A stretch of 64,000 nt of DNA from Azolla caroliniana. Its lineage: Eukaryota > Plantae > Polypodiophyta. How positions within the stretch are numbered: position 1 is the first letter of the stretch; each line of letters starts with the position of its first letter. Below are positions 24,784-38,800 of the stretch, piece after piece. The DNA lies in the NCBI GenBank assembly GCA_043228905.1, contig JBHGNT010000011.1, positions 1,054,001-1,118,000 of the forward strand. Reading direction: 5' to 3'. Both the position numbers and the translations under genes were made by a program. The notes under the pieces are model-generated. The model did no database searches. It saw only the letters and a list, made by a program, of their open reading frames with translations, and had not been told where the DNA came from.

Positions 24784-27700
24784 TCAAGCCTGAACACTAG
24801 CCTTCGTTGGTGTTGTGGCCGTAGCTCCTGCAATGGCAGGGCTGTCAGTCGCAAGGCCCATTGCATGTAAACCATTATCGACGTAAACAATCGATCCAGT
24901 GATGGATGCTGCCAATGGAGAAGCCAAGAAAGCTGCTGCATTTCCAACATCATCTACAAACCAAACTCTGTGGTTAGGAAAAGAATGTGTGCTTACTGAT
25001 CTACCTATCTTCCTTTGTAGGTATATGTGCATATATCTATCTTCACATGCATGAGTCTGAAACAATTCCCTCAACATCACAAAAGAATATGTTTTTCAAA
25101 ACAAGTCATGTAAAAAAACACAACGAATTGAACCATGTGGAATTTGACAATGTACTAACCAGCCTCCAGATCCTTCTGTAGTGGAGCATTTGAGAGAGAG
25201 TAATTAATCATGTCATCGATAAAACCAATCGCTTTTGCTGCCCTGCTTCTCAGTGGCCCTACCATATAAGGTGAGAATAAAATGCGAATCCACTTTAATT
25301 TTTTGACAAATCATGTTTTTTCCCTAGTGAAATTCCAACACTAAATTTTCAAGCAATTTACATCAAATCAAAAGGAAAAATGCAAAACATAATGGAAACT
25401 TTTCATTCATAATAGCAATGTTTGGTAGCAACATTAAGATCAAGACAATCAATAAAACCCTCGGTTTCTAATGATCTTACCATCAAATAGATAAAACTTC
25501 AAATGCATCTATATTTAATAAAAATGTTTATATATCCAACCTGCAGATATGGTGTTCACCCGAATCTTGTATTTCCTTCCAGCTTCAAATGCAAGAACCT
25601 GTAAGAGATGAGAGACAAAAATATCAGTACTGCAATTCAGACGATATGCCACTAGATCCAGTTTGACGGGAAAAGAGAACAATAATTTAATAATATACCC
25701 GAGTATCACTTTCAAGCGCAGATTTAGCAGAGCTCATTCCTCCCCCATATCTAGAAATAGCAAACACTGTAACTAAGCACAACTAAAAATGGAAGTTCCA
25801 ATGGTACCTTCTTTCAAATCCTCCATGCAACATATCATGCGATTACCATCCAAACAAAACCAATACATGATCTACACTATTGAATCATGACATCCATATG
25901 ACTGATTGATATATTGTCAATATGATGGTTGAATTCCCTACAACCCATCAGCACATTTGCACAAAATGGTTCAAAATATGCTTCTGAAACCTAAGAAGAT
26001 GCTGAGAATCTGCTTCTAGAAAAATGTTTGCCAAGTTACCCAGGAACAATTCTCTCCGAAGCTATGTATGTAAGTGACAGACTTGAGCCACCTGTAAACA
26101 AACCATCCGATACCTTTCAACATCATCCTTCCATAAAAACAAAGAGAATAAATTAAATAAATAATTATTGTCTTCTTGTGAATGTGACACCTTCATTCAT
26201 GAGGGGTCCAAAATACTTCAATAAAGACACATAGGAATAGCTCGAAGCTGAAAGAGCTGCAAGATATCCTCGTCGTGATGTTTCAATAAGAGGCTTGGTA
26301 ACCTTTCCCATATAACCAAAAGTGATAAACCGTCAGTAAAGTGCATGAACGGCATGACTTTGATTTTCTAAAGAAAATTATTCCAAGGGAATCGAAAGGA
26401 TTTTAACTTTAATTACCTCAGGACCATTGGCCAATGAATGCACCAAGATGTCTATGCTCCCAAAGTCTTGTTTCACACTCTCTGCAACTTCCTGCAGCAG
26501 ATTGGGGTTCAAGGTAATCATTACAATTACAACAAATATCACTAGAATTGTTTTGAACCATGAAAAACCATGCTTACCGACACGGTCCAGTTACTATGCC
26601 CTGCATATCTTTTATTCGCCTTTATCTGATAAAGAATTCACAAAAGAAAAAGATTTAATAAAACAAGTAAGATCGTGCACACAGTAAAGCGATATCTCAA
26701 AGAATAGCGTGATAGTGATGTGGTAGATCTACATATTGAAATATGCATTAAAAAGAATTATGACATTGTAGTATTAGCTATATCGAAAAATTGTGACATA
26801 AAAAGCATTAAAGAAATTTATTGAAAAAAACACATAAAAACCATTACAGAAAGCTACGCATGCACAGTATATAGCAATACTTACATCTTCTGGAACATCA
26901 TCTAAGGTATCGAACACAGCATCGAGTGGATACACCTTGGTGATCTCCATGAGAGATCCATCTGGAAGCCTTACCATAATATCACAAATCTCTAATTACT
27001 GAGGTTGTGTTCATACACTTAAATATGTTCACAAGCATTAATGGGTCACTTACTGGCGAGATTCATCAAATTTGCCCCTCCTCAGACTTGTCTCGAATAT
27101 ATTTAGGGCCTGCAAGTATATAAAGGATCTCAAATATGCACAAAAGTCGAAAATAAGGTCTTAAAATAACAAATATATAGGGTAATTTGATGTGAATTAA
27201 TAGTATAAGCCGCATTTGATCTGAATGCTTCCTACCCTATACAATGTATTGGACAACCCTTATGTGAATAAATATCCTAAAACATAGCAAAGATATTGAA
27301 TGAGATTTTATGTACGAATAAATGAAGAGATACATACAGGAACCCAGGTTCCGACAAGGATCTCAGCACCTGATGCCGCTAAGGCCTTTGCTATAGCCCA
27401 ACCATAGCCTTGATCATCTGCTACTCCAGCAATAAATGCCCTCTTACCTACATTTACACAACATCATATCATCACGTTATATTAGCATTTTAAAAGAAAA
27501 ATCTCATTACATAACATGATATAGAATCAGTAAATGCCAATTCGTATGTTCATTTCCAAAATCATCCGATCTCATTATTCTCACTTATTATAACATCAAT
27601 CAGAGCCCTAGACTTGCATGCATTTACAGCAGCATGTCGTCACATACAGAGAGAGCATCAAGTATTTCCTTCTTGCATGCATTTCCAGTATCATCTCAAT

Positions 27701-28401
27701 CCATCCTATCAGATAACATAGCAATTGCATCCATGTCAATCATCCCATAACATAACAGTAGCCTCAATAAATGGTCTCATGCATACAATTCCAGCATGTC
27801 ACATAACTCACTACTTAATATAGCATCAAATTATGCAGGCGTCATGGCATCGCATAGAAATATAGAGATTGGAGCATATCATCACATTAATCAATGCAAT
27901 ATTGCATGTTACAACATTCTACGTCATACCATCACATAGAATAGCATCAACTAATGTCACCTTGCATGCATTTTCAGCATCAATCACCACATTACACAGC
28001 ATTAATTAATGCCACCTTACATGCATTCACATTTACATCATAACCATATCTTCACATAGCATAGCATCAATAAATCCAATTGATCTCTCGGAGGAGAGGT
28101 TGAAAAACATAAAAGAAAATGATTGAAAATTTGAAGATTTATAAACATAAAAGAAAATGATTGAAATTTTGAGAATAAATCATCGCTAACCTCGGAGGTC
28201 GATTGGAAGACCAGATGAAGGTGAAGCTCTTGTTGATCCATTGGAAGACGAAGAAGAAGAAGAAGAAGAAGAATTAGAAGGTTGAACAACACGAGAAAAT
28301 GTGGGCGCACAGTGAGATCTTCTATCAAAGATTTGGGCATGCAGAGGATCAGAAATACGGAGCATCCTCGCAGAGGAAAGACGGATGGAAGAAGAAGAAG
28401 A

Positions 28402-28436
<35 letters not shown>

Positions 28437-28521
28437 AAGTAGCGGGAGAGCAGGAGAAAAACGAGAGTTTAGAGGAAGGAGAGGATATCTGCATGTGAGG
28501 GAGAGAAGAGAGGGAAGCCAT
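24784..28521 (-). CDS. MOD1: Plastid enoyl-[acyl-carrier-protein] reductase (NADH), 12 exons
   Basis: Exons 28521-28191, 27447-27338, 27109-27054, 26969-26885, 26625-26578, 26491-26417, 26302-26191, 26091-26040, 25750-25699, 25598-25541, 25258-25160, 24953-24784 with consistent phases. Motifs [60 protein letters not shown]. Ser/Thr-rich transit peptide (FabI/ENR). Confidence 0.97.
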
Positions 28522-28700
28522 AGCTGTAGAACAGAGTAGAAACAGAGAACTCCAAGAAGAAGAAGAAGAAACAGAGGAGGAGAGAGGAAATAGAGAGAGG
28601 GGAGGGTTTTAAAGAAGGTATTGAAGGAGAAGGAGAAGGAGAAGGAGAAGGAGGCCATGCTGCTGCTGTAAAGACAAAGGAATAGAGAGAAAGCCCTCCT

Positions 28701-28718
28701 CATACATACATGCATGCA

Positions 28719-28749
<31 letters not shown>

Positions 28750-28781
28750 CATACATACATAACATATGTACATACATACAT
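28701..28781. repeat. (TACA)n microsatellite, left flank of the Mutator-like element
   Basis: catacatac... run that resumes at 32999-33011. Confidence 0.9.
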
Positions 28782-29964
28782 TACATGCTCGTCTCTAACT
28801 GCTACCAACTCATTAAGAGGCATGGCGAGGGAATCGCGGCCTAAGACGGTGCAGGGTGGTGCGTTGCTGAGGCCGCATACGATCTGCACCGTCCGATTTG
28901 GATAATAAGAAAGTGCGCCATCAAAAAAGCTCAGAGCCTCAGTCACTGGGATCCCAACCGACTCAGAGCATGAGCCCGACCGTGTTAGGGCAGGAGCCTG
29001 ACTCAAATCAAGAGCCGACCATCTCACGGTAGGATCACACGACTCAAAAACAGACATCAAAAACTTCAAAAAATTTCAAAGTGTAAAACGAAAATTAGCC
29101 ATCAAAATCTTACACCAAAGTTCCTCTAAATAATTAGAAACTTCCAATTACATAAAATTTAAACTTAAAGCTTCGAATAACAAATCAACTTAAAACTTAA
29201 AAACTTCAAATTACAGTTATGTTAGAGCTTAAAACTTCAAATTACACAAATTTCCTGTCGTAAAATGTTTCTAACATCCCAAGATATGTACTTTTGATTT
29301 CGATGAGAAAACATGTCCAAAGTTCAAGTCAAAAAACCTAAAGATGAAATCTAAAATACACACGTAAGCAGAGATTATGGCTCATGTGGGGATGGTGGCA
29401 AAATATAGCCACAATTTTGGCAACACTCGACATTCGAGTCCCTTGAAGTCAAGGTCAAGCCATCACAATGTAAACATCGAACCTTCTCAGGCTCACATAT
29501 TGGCAACCACCTCGTAGCTTGACTTGCACATCTCTGTAGTTTTCCTATATATTGCAATCACCGGGTTTGTCCACACATTCTAACTTTAACTCCTCACAAA
29601 TCACATTGATTGCGGATTTCGTAATGCAATGCATGAGTTGGCACATCCGTTGATTAGAGATGGTTTCTCTCAACAACACTTACTTTGGGCAACAAGTTGT
29701 CCACCCATGATTTTTATGCATGGAACTAATACAACAAAAGGCAGCAATGTGTTTGCGATTGTTGCCCATTGTAACTTGCCAAGATTGAGGGTCTTGAGCA
29801 ACCACATTAGATATGTTATTATATGATGTCCAACATTTATCAATCATTATTGCATTTGGCCTCACCTTCAGCATCCTTGCGAATATGACCCTCAAGCAAA
29901 TTTCTAAAGCTGCTTTCTCAATCATATCAATATCAAGTATACAAATGTAATGGCGGGATGCCAA

Positions 29965-30066
29965 CATTCCAAAATACAATTGGATATACAATGCAATCGC
30001 TGTAGCCACATTCCAAAATACAATTGGATATACAATGCAATCGCTGTAGCCACATTCCAAAATACA
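29965..30066. repeat. 44-bp tandem repeat x2.3 inside the MULE
   Basis: acattccaaaatacaattggatatacaatgcaatcgctgtagcc repeated. Confidence 0.85.
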
Positions 30067-31552
30067 AAAATGGGTATATACCAAGTATACAAATAATTTG
30101 ATAATACACTGAAATCACATATTTGATATAACAAAAATTGGAATATATTGAGTATACAGATTTGATAATACATCGAGATCACAGATTTGATATTACAAAA
30201 ATGGGAATATACAACATGGGATGGTTGTTCCAACAGTTTAAGATATGGGGAACCCCGAAACCCAGTGTGTCCATTTCACCATATTCATTTGAAGGAGCCC
30301 CACGTCTTCATATCCTAACCAATGCTCATTACCCTGCACCAATATACTTCAATGAACCAATCAACTATATAAACCAATGCAGATATCTAATTTTGGGCCA
30401 TACTTACAAATTCAGGAAAATGGAATCCTTGAATGAACTCCTTGACCAACTTCCGAATTGTCTACATCACATAAGTCCCATTGGGCTGAGTTGGGATGTT
30501 ATGATATTGTGGCATGCTAGAGATATGTCGTAAAAGTTACAACCATATCACCCCATCCCAACAAGTTGCAAGTCGTCGGATTAATCGATGGATCGTGACA
30601 GAAGACTATCGAGCTGGTCACCTTTTGAGATTCCACGCCGGTAGGACATTGTCGCAACATTGTCCAAAGCACCCAATGACCTGAGTGCAATGTGGGTATG
30701 TAGACATAATATTGCTTAAGCACAGGACCGAGGATTTCTGACTCATTGGAGCTTTGTCTATGAAGCTGCACCCAAAGTGGATCGACGATGTTGAACCTTT
30801 TGGAGACCTCTTGGGGTCACGTGTATTCCATCCACATGTGGAATAGGGTCATCGCCCATGTAGATGCCATCTCCCCCATATGGCACGATGACCACAAATT
30901 AGCTTCAACCGCGAAGACTGCTAGATCTAGTCTTTGACGTGCAAATTGGAAATTGTTTATTTAGACCAGATCAACATGTATCATGTTCCAAAAGTGTACC
31001 CAATATCTGTTTCTAAAACATATTGCTGAAGAACATATATGCGCGGAAGAACGTGAGGACCTGTCTGTTATGTGCACAACAAATAACACAGAGAATATGA
31101 CCAAAGAGATAGATGGAAACGCAGACACAGTTAAGCTCTAATGGAAGCTCTCGTTATTGTGTAACTCTCTCTCTACAAGACTCCAAATACAAGAAGATTA
31201 TTGTTACACTGTTAGAGTTCTTTGAAATGGTTAACCGCTCTTGCCTTCAACTTTCTCATATATGATTGACGAGATCTAATGTATTTTACCTTGGGATCCA
31301 AAAAACGACAAATTGATCATTGCCATTCGTAGTCGCTAAATTTGGATGTGCCTTAAATGTGCTTGCTAAGATTGTATTGCTCCTCTTCCTCTATCTTTAA
31401 CTGGGCTCTTAGAAGCACGACATAAATGCCATGTACCTTCCGCTAGTGTGCCTCCATGTCAGATTCCTTGCGAAGCCATTGTTGCTCTTGCCAGCATGAA
31501 TTTCGCACTATACATACCCAAGATTTGATCCCCACCAAATCTCAGCCATACT

Positions 31553-32012
31553 TGAAGAGGGGGAGTGGGTCAAGTACGTCGTCTAGTGTGACATATGCAT
31601 TAGAATAACCCAACATATATATGCTTCAAGAATGATTACAAGAATGTACATCAACTCATCAGTAGGGGAACCATGCAAATAATTTTGATGGGGCACAGTC
31701 CAGTATGGGGTTCGTATCCTCATTTGTCTCTGCTGTCGCCGCCAAAATGTTGTTTTCGGCTTCTATCTCGTTGGATACGTTGCCACACATGAAGAGGGGG
31801 AGTGGGTCAAGTACGTCGTTTGGTGTGACATATGCATTAGAATAACCCAACATATACATACTTCAAGAATGATTACAAGAATGTATGTTAACTCGCCATT
31901 TGGAGGAGCATCCAAATCTGATGGGCCACAGTCCAACATGAGGTCCGTACCCTCATTTGTCTCTACCATGGCCACCAAAATGTTGTTTTCAGCCTCCATC
32001 TCGTCAGATATG
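31553..32012. repeat. ~237-bp tandem duplication inside the MULE
   Basis: tgaagagggggagtgggtcaagtacgtcgt... at 31553 and 31790. Confidence 0.85.
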
Positions 32013-32235
32013 TTGCTTCTGGTACCCCTTCTTTCAAAAACCCTAAATCATCACAGTTGATAGCACACATGCATCACTTTTGTAAAGTCGAATACATTGT
32101 TGAAAAATGATTCAGGTCATACCTCCCTTCATTGGGTCTTGTTTCACCTCAATTGACATCAAACTCTATGAAGCCTTTGGACCTAGCAACCATCAATACA
32201 AGCAAGGCAGAATACAAATCATTTTGATATTAAAA

Positions 32236-32435
32236 AACCACAAGAATCGAAACTCTAAATCACTATCATCCAATGCATTACAACTTTCAAAATGCATTCT
32301 ACAAACATATTCAAAAATCATCAAAATGCATGCAAAACCACAAGAATCGAAACTCTAAATCACTATCATCCAATGCATTACAACTTTCAAAATGCATTCT
32401 ACAAACATATTCAAAAATCATCAAAATGCATGCAA
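32236..32435. repeat. Exact 100-bp tandem duplication inside the MULE
   Basis: aaccacaagaatcgaaactc...caaaatgcatgcaa at 32236 and 32336. Confidence 0.9.
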
Positions 32436-32656
32436 GCCATTCTCAATAACATATTCAGAAACAACCATGAACATTTCCAATCTTGAACATTTTACCATTT
32501 TCCAAACAACCAAAAGGTTTCACCAAATTACAATTTCAAAATACAAAAAAAAGTAGTAAAAAGCATTAAAATAATACCTAGAAACCCTGATTGTGTTGAT
32601 CATATGCAGGTGCAGGTGGTTGGCTCCTACTCCTCGAGCTCTAGATTAATTAGTTA

Positions 32657-32785
32657 GGCTCCTGTCTATCAGTTGGGCTCCCACTATGACGATCAAGCTC
32701 CTGCCTTTCAATTGGGTTCCCATTATGACGGTCAGGCTCTTGCCTTTCAGTTGGGTTCCCACTACTACCGTCGGGCTCTTGCTTT
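32657..32785. repeat. 39-bp subterminal tandem repeats (~3.3 units) of the MULE
   Basis: gctc.tg.ct.tca.ttggg.tccca.ta..ac..tc repeats adjacent to the right TIR. Confidence 0.8.
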
Positions 32786-35700
32786 AATGTGCATCTCCAA
32801 TGAGTCAGGCCCACATTATGTTTCAGGCTCCTCGCGCTCCCAATCAAGTGAAAATTTGATGGCGCACTTTTTTTTATATCCAAATCGGACGGTGCAAATC
32901 ATATGTTCCATTTGCGACGCACCTACATTGTCTATGGTCGTGATTCCCTCGCCAGACCTCTTTATGATTTGGTAGTAATTAGATACATCGAGCATGCATA
33001 CATACATACATATCGATGATAACCGTCTATTGGCACCACGCACGTCATTTTGTCTCGTGGGTTGGGATTGGCGCGATGAGTTCCCCCTGGAAGGCTCGCG
33101 TTCGCACCATCGTTTTTACGATACGTGCAAGCTTCGTAGATTGAGAGACAGATGACTCGCAACGTAATTCCTCGGTACGTGTATTAGAGTACACCTAGGT
33201 TGCATGTAGCTTTCTGTGCATGGTGGCGAGACCCATTTGGTTTGCATGTGAGTGCTACTCGTACCCTAGGTGCCTCTCAGCCCACCTATTTTGCAACTCA
33301 AGAACAACACAATGAGGCTCTTCCATAAATGATCTTGCATTATACTTCTAGCCTAGTAAGTGTAAGTGTAAACTCGAGGAGACAAATAGGTGCAACACAT
33401 CTCGTTGCTTTTCAAGGGTTATTCGCCCTAGATGCCATGGGCTTGCATACTCCATTACAACATCATGAGGTAATGTAATGTACTAGGTGAGGCCGAATTA
33501 TACATAGGCAATTCAAAGGTAGTTAGTTAGTTGAGGTGGAGTACCTAGATGCCAAGGGAAATGTGATTCAACGTCTATAATCATTGTTTTCATATTAAAT
33601 CGTTTACCTCACTTGCTCGATGGCCATCATTGGTATTGCATGCAAACCCTTGCGAAGGAAGATTCATGGAATTGTCCTCAACCTTTCTTGTTCTCAATGA
33701 CAACATCTCATTAGTAACTCGTGCCAAGTTTCCATAGTTGTATGTTAGAGATACATACATATACTTGATACATTTCATCCATTTTCATTTTCTTGTATAA
33801 CATATAATTAGGTAATATGAGTCAATACTGTAACTTAAAGGAATTTATGTGTTTTTGTCAATATTTCTTTGTTGCCTTACTTATTGATCAACCAACGATT
33901 AGTGGAGGACGGTATAGCTATCATAATATTGATTGGTAGATACAATACACATATGATCATTTAATTGTAGCCAATCTAGACTTGTATATACATTTTATAG
34001 AGATTAATTTTATGACGCATAAGTATAAATGTAGAGGACAAAATTTTAGATAGTGAATCATGTTTTTGAGGTGCATATTAAATGTATATATAGTGGTTGA
34101 TATTATTATTGTAGAAGAGATCACATCATTTCAAAAAACTTCGAAGTGGAAGATGGCCTTCTTGTCACCTACATTGATACACATGATTGAAAATACAATT
34201 TAGCTACTAGAAACATACCCCTTGCAATTTCACCGAGGCTTTTTATGCAAAGGTGTAGACATGTGGCATTAGGATGTGTGTGTGTGTTGTTTCACACTTG
34301 ACACATACAAAGGTTGTAATAATCATTTGTTTCCATTTTTAGTGTATGATAACTAACCATAACTAATTAATACTTTACCTTATTCATAGCCAATGAATTA
34401 TATTTTGATCAAAATTTTAATTAGCATTACCTAGTAAAGTTGTTATAGTGTATTTTGATTTTGACTTAATATTGGTTAGAGAGAAATGACTCTAATGTAG
34501 CAAATTAAAAAGAAATTTGTTTGTGCTTGCCTGGACCAATGAGAAAGGGGTGTACCGTGTGCACATAAATGTGAATTGACCTTGAAGTGTGGGACGATAA
34601 TTGATGGTCACCCCTCATGTGCACGAAAGAAATGTGGGATTAAACAACCACTGCAAGAATGATTCACTTTTATTATTTTGTGTTACCCTAGTCTCAAGCT
34701 TGTAAACAACTTATTAGGTGAATATTATTAGCAACTTGCTCTACTTATTTATTTATTTTGTACTCAACCTTCACCATAGTTTGAAAGTACCTTAGAAGGA
34801 ATATATTGGACACGTGAGGTGTGTTCAATCAATCATTCATTTTGAAGACATTGGATGGCCTTCTATCATATTGAGCAATCCCTATAGATTGCTTTGCCTA
34901 GTCTTGCATTCTCGATTCCAAAGTTAGATATAGATGAACCGTGGAAAGATTGGCTATCAATAGCAAAAAATCAATAGCCAGAGTGCTCGAAAATTACATC
35001 TATCATAAATTGATTGTACATAAAGCTTGGTTAGTAGTAGATTGGTGGCCCGTTACACTATGTATACTATGGTTGCATCCAATGCTGGACAAATGATGAC
35101 AACGTCATTTTACATTATGTGTGAAGCTATTTCTTTTGTAGTAAAGGGTTACGAGATATTACATAGATTGAAAGGAAATTTGATTTTGTCAATCTTTGCA
35201 ATTGAGTTACATAGTTCAGAAAAAATGATGCATGGTGTAACAAAGATGTGTGAAAGTCAAATTTTGAATCAACACCTTGTGTCAATCGATGGGACCCTAA
35301 TATAGCCAAAGTCAAGATCTTCAGTATAGCTGGACTTTGTAACCTTTCTTAGTTTTAGATCATAATTGTAGGAAAATATGTATTATTTTGATTTGATTTC
35401 GAAACAAAATTTGATGCCTTGCAAGTGTTATAATTATACAAATGAACGGTTAGAAATCTGGCATGAAAGACATACGTAAGACCTACATTTCAAGCTAAAG
35501 AAAGGACGGGTTTATCACTGTTACAAAATGAGCTTAACAAATAAAAAGACAAAAAAATACAAGGATATGTTATCAAGATAAGATCTGCAATTAAAAAATA
35601 ACTATTTCCATTGAGAAAAGAACATCTGAGACCACAACCTGTGTACAATCCAGATCTTCTCGAAGGTACACAGTGATAAGGTTCCATTTAATTCAGCTCC

Positions 35701-35852
35701 TCCCAAGAGAAATCTTGAGGACCCACATTCCAAGATAAACCTCTAGAATCCTACAGCCCATCTTCTAAAACAAAACTTTTCAATGGCAATCCCTGTATGT
35801 GTATGAACCTCTCCTCTACCCACTAAAAGAATTACATCACTTTGATTGATAT

Positions 35853-38800
35853 TTAATCACATTTAATATTCCTATAGATTCGTCTCACGAACATGGAGGA
35901 TCCAAAATAGCCGACAGCACCTGAACATTTGGAAAACAAAGAAATAGTGTGTTTGAGCTGCAGCAATATCACAACAAACAAACAGATTATCTCAATAATG
36001 ACACCAGCATGACGTAGCATTCACTTACCACAAAGAATACTGAGTCCAAGGCAGAACATGAGAGTATAACCAAAGTAAAAGCTCGTCTGAAAGAACCCTG
36101 ACATCTTGGTCTTCATGCAATAATAATAGATGGCATACATGTATACGTAAATAGCAGTTGATGCAGCCGAGAAGAAAGATGTCCATTGCCAATGATAGTT
36201 CTCAGCATTAAGGAGAAAATATGTCCCCACAATAGTGACACAGACGGTAACGATGATGAGTATTACAAATACCAGTAACATGAACCCATACACATAATAT
36301 ACCTGAAACATAAAATATTCTTATTAGGACAGTTGAAACTAGTATTATAGATTTTAGTTTTAGAAACTGGACACGACTATATGAAACTTCAGGCATTGCT
36401 ACCTTGTAGTTCCAAAAGGACGTGAATACAAAGTACATCTCAATAAAAATGCTTCCAAATGGCAACAATCCTCCCATCAGAGATATCACAAATGGTGTCA
36501 AGTACCACTTCTTTTCAGGAATTGGACGAGGAATTGTCTTTACACGACAAGGGTTGTCTGGAGCACCGCTCCAATTCCTACCAATTACTGTACCAAGTAA
36601 TGCTAGTGGGAAGGAAATGAAGGCCCAGATAACAAACACCACGACCTACAAATAATAGATGTGGATGTTAGCTAGACATCGCAATAGTTTGCATAAAAAG
36701 TAAAATAGAAAAAGCTAGATACCATGGTACCGAATGGGATGGCTGCCAATGAGCGGTAAAAGATAGCTACTATATTCAGCACAAAACCGATCCCAAAGCA
36801 CATAAATGGGAAAAGTGAAGCTGTCAAAAGCATAGACTTAATCCAATACTTCCCTGTCAAGCATCAAAAGCATGCAGTTTAGAAAGAATTTTTATATCCT
36901 TTGAATTAAATCTACATCAGAAATTTGCTTACCATCATTCTTCGAATAAAGACTGCCGCTCACATATCCAGCAATGAAGGATGTGAAAGCATAGCAGACA
37001 ATAAAAACTGTGACAATTGCCCCCCGTCTGAAATGGAACAAAGTGATCATTTTCAGTCATGAAATTCAGCTAATGCAGAAATATTCTTTATCATTATTAT
37101 TATTTGAAGATTGCTGTGGGCCAACATTATCACTATTAGTCACTTCAGAGAATTTGTACTACAGAGCAGTAACCTTCCTTCTTAGGAAGGAGTTACATAC
37201 AAGATGATATGTTTACTTCGTCTCATACGTCAAATTTAGCCGCCTGGTGGACGATAAAAATCCTATTCTAATTGAACATAATAGCAGATACACCTGACAT
37301 GAACACAGTTTCTAATGGCAATAGGATCTATGTTATATTCACATTGAATGGAAGCGGAGTAAGCAAAGCAAGTGGCATTCAAGCATTTCTTTTCTTCCTT
37401 TGCTAACATGTGTGTGCATACATAGGGGTTGTCACCTCTTAACTCAAGTGAAAGGTTATCGAAATACAGCAAAGTTGAAGACCATAAAGTATGACCATGC
37501 CTGTGACATAAAATGTCACCTGCTCCCAATACACCCACTTGGTCCTGCTGTTGGTAATTAGAAGGGGCAGAGTATGATATCCTAAAAATACCCTTAAACT
37601 CCATTGATAAGTTATAGCATCTCTGAACGTCAAGGTATTTTGAACCTTTTATAAAAGAGAGCATATAGCACTGTATCTAGGATTATCGCCATAAATAAGA
37701 CATGGGTCAAGTATTTTTCAGTATGGTCGTTGTCATATGGCCCTTTGAGTCTCTACTCTGCAGTAAATCATCTATACAATAAGCCCATCAAATCAAATAA
37801 CATCCTCTTAAAGCCACCCATAACTTTGGCAATATAAATCCTTTGTTTTTCACTTTGATTACTGTTGTAATATGCATGTTGCTTGGGGTCTCTACAGCAA
37901 TCTATATACTCATCATCCATCTAAAAAGACAACACCCTCTTCAGAGGTTCAGGTGCCCAAGTGAACTACTTCTCATCTACTTCAAACTTCCATTTCTATT
38001 GCAAAATAAAAGCTTCAATGAGGCGAATGTGTTGCATTACTTCATTATAGCTTTATAAGATATGGTTCTAAAAAGTTTTCTAGACCTCCAACCTTAAAGA
38101 TATGTATTATTGTAATACATGTTGGCCCAAAGTTTTCTGATCTAATTGATCCATGAACAAGGCAATTCATCCCATATAGTAAGACATAGTTCGCATAATG
38201 TCATCTGGCTTCATCAATAGATGTACGTTTCTGTTCTTCACAAAACTATCAAATACAGAGATTTTAAAATTCCACGCTTATACTATGCTGTATGCATCAG
38301 CAATCTTAACAGACTTAATACCAAGTTTCTCCAATAGAAAAGTTATGATTGAGTTTTAGTCTAACAACTTCTAATCAGTGAGTATGAGATTCACAGAAGC
38401 ATACCCCACATAAAGCATTCCAACCATCGCCAGCAAGATAACCACAAATATAAGTGCTGTTAGTTGAGCACCTATTCCAACAAGCGCTGAGAGGAGGACT
38501 AGATTTCGAGGTGATCTAAAAACATCACCATGCACTAGTTTCCAGCCAGATTCTTCATTGACATCTCTTTCCTAATTAAAAGGGAGAGAAAAAAATTGAA
38601 TCAACAGCTCAGGACAATCTGTTGAGCATAAAAAAACTGTTATACATTACCAATGACTCCAAGTCATCTTCTTCTTTAGCATATTTTGCATAGTCCTTGC
38701 GTAGTGTCCTCATCAGGATCATTGAAACCAACCCAGTCAGAAACATGACCATCATAAAGGAGTTGAAGATTGAGAACCAATGGATCTGAAAGGTATTGCA

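Larger units (their letters stand above)
28782..32998 (-). mobile_element. Mutator-like DNA transposon (MULE) with ~140-bp TIRs, decayed transposase and Ulp1-like protease remnant
   Basis: 28782-28925 is the reverse complement of 32856-32998 (tggcgagggaatc, tgcaccgtccgatttggata, aaagtgcgccatcaaa). MULE-domain-like VRPNAIMIDK at ~29840. Cys-rich SWIM-like region at ~29400-29650. YIPTLHSGHWVL (Ulp1/C48 His motif) at ~30690. Flanked by TACATACATACAT on both sides. Confidence 0.8.

Noticed and set aside
28038-28715. 225-aa poly-Leu ORF as a membrane protein
   Set aside because: Alternative frame over microsatellites in ENR exon 1 and its leader.
33050-35400. Possible gene or TE between the MULE and TMN1
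   Set aside because: No recognisable motifs, termini or consistent exon chain; left unannotated.
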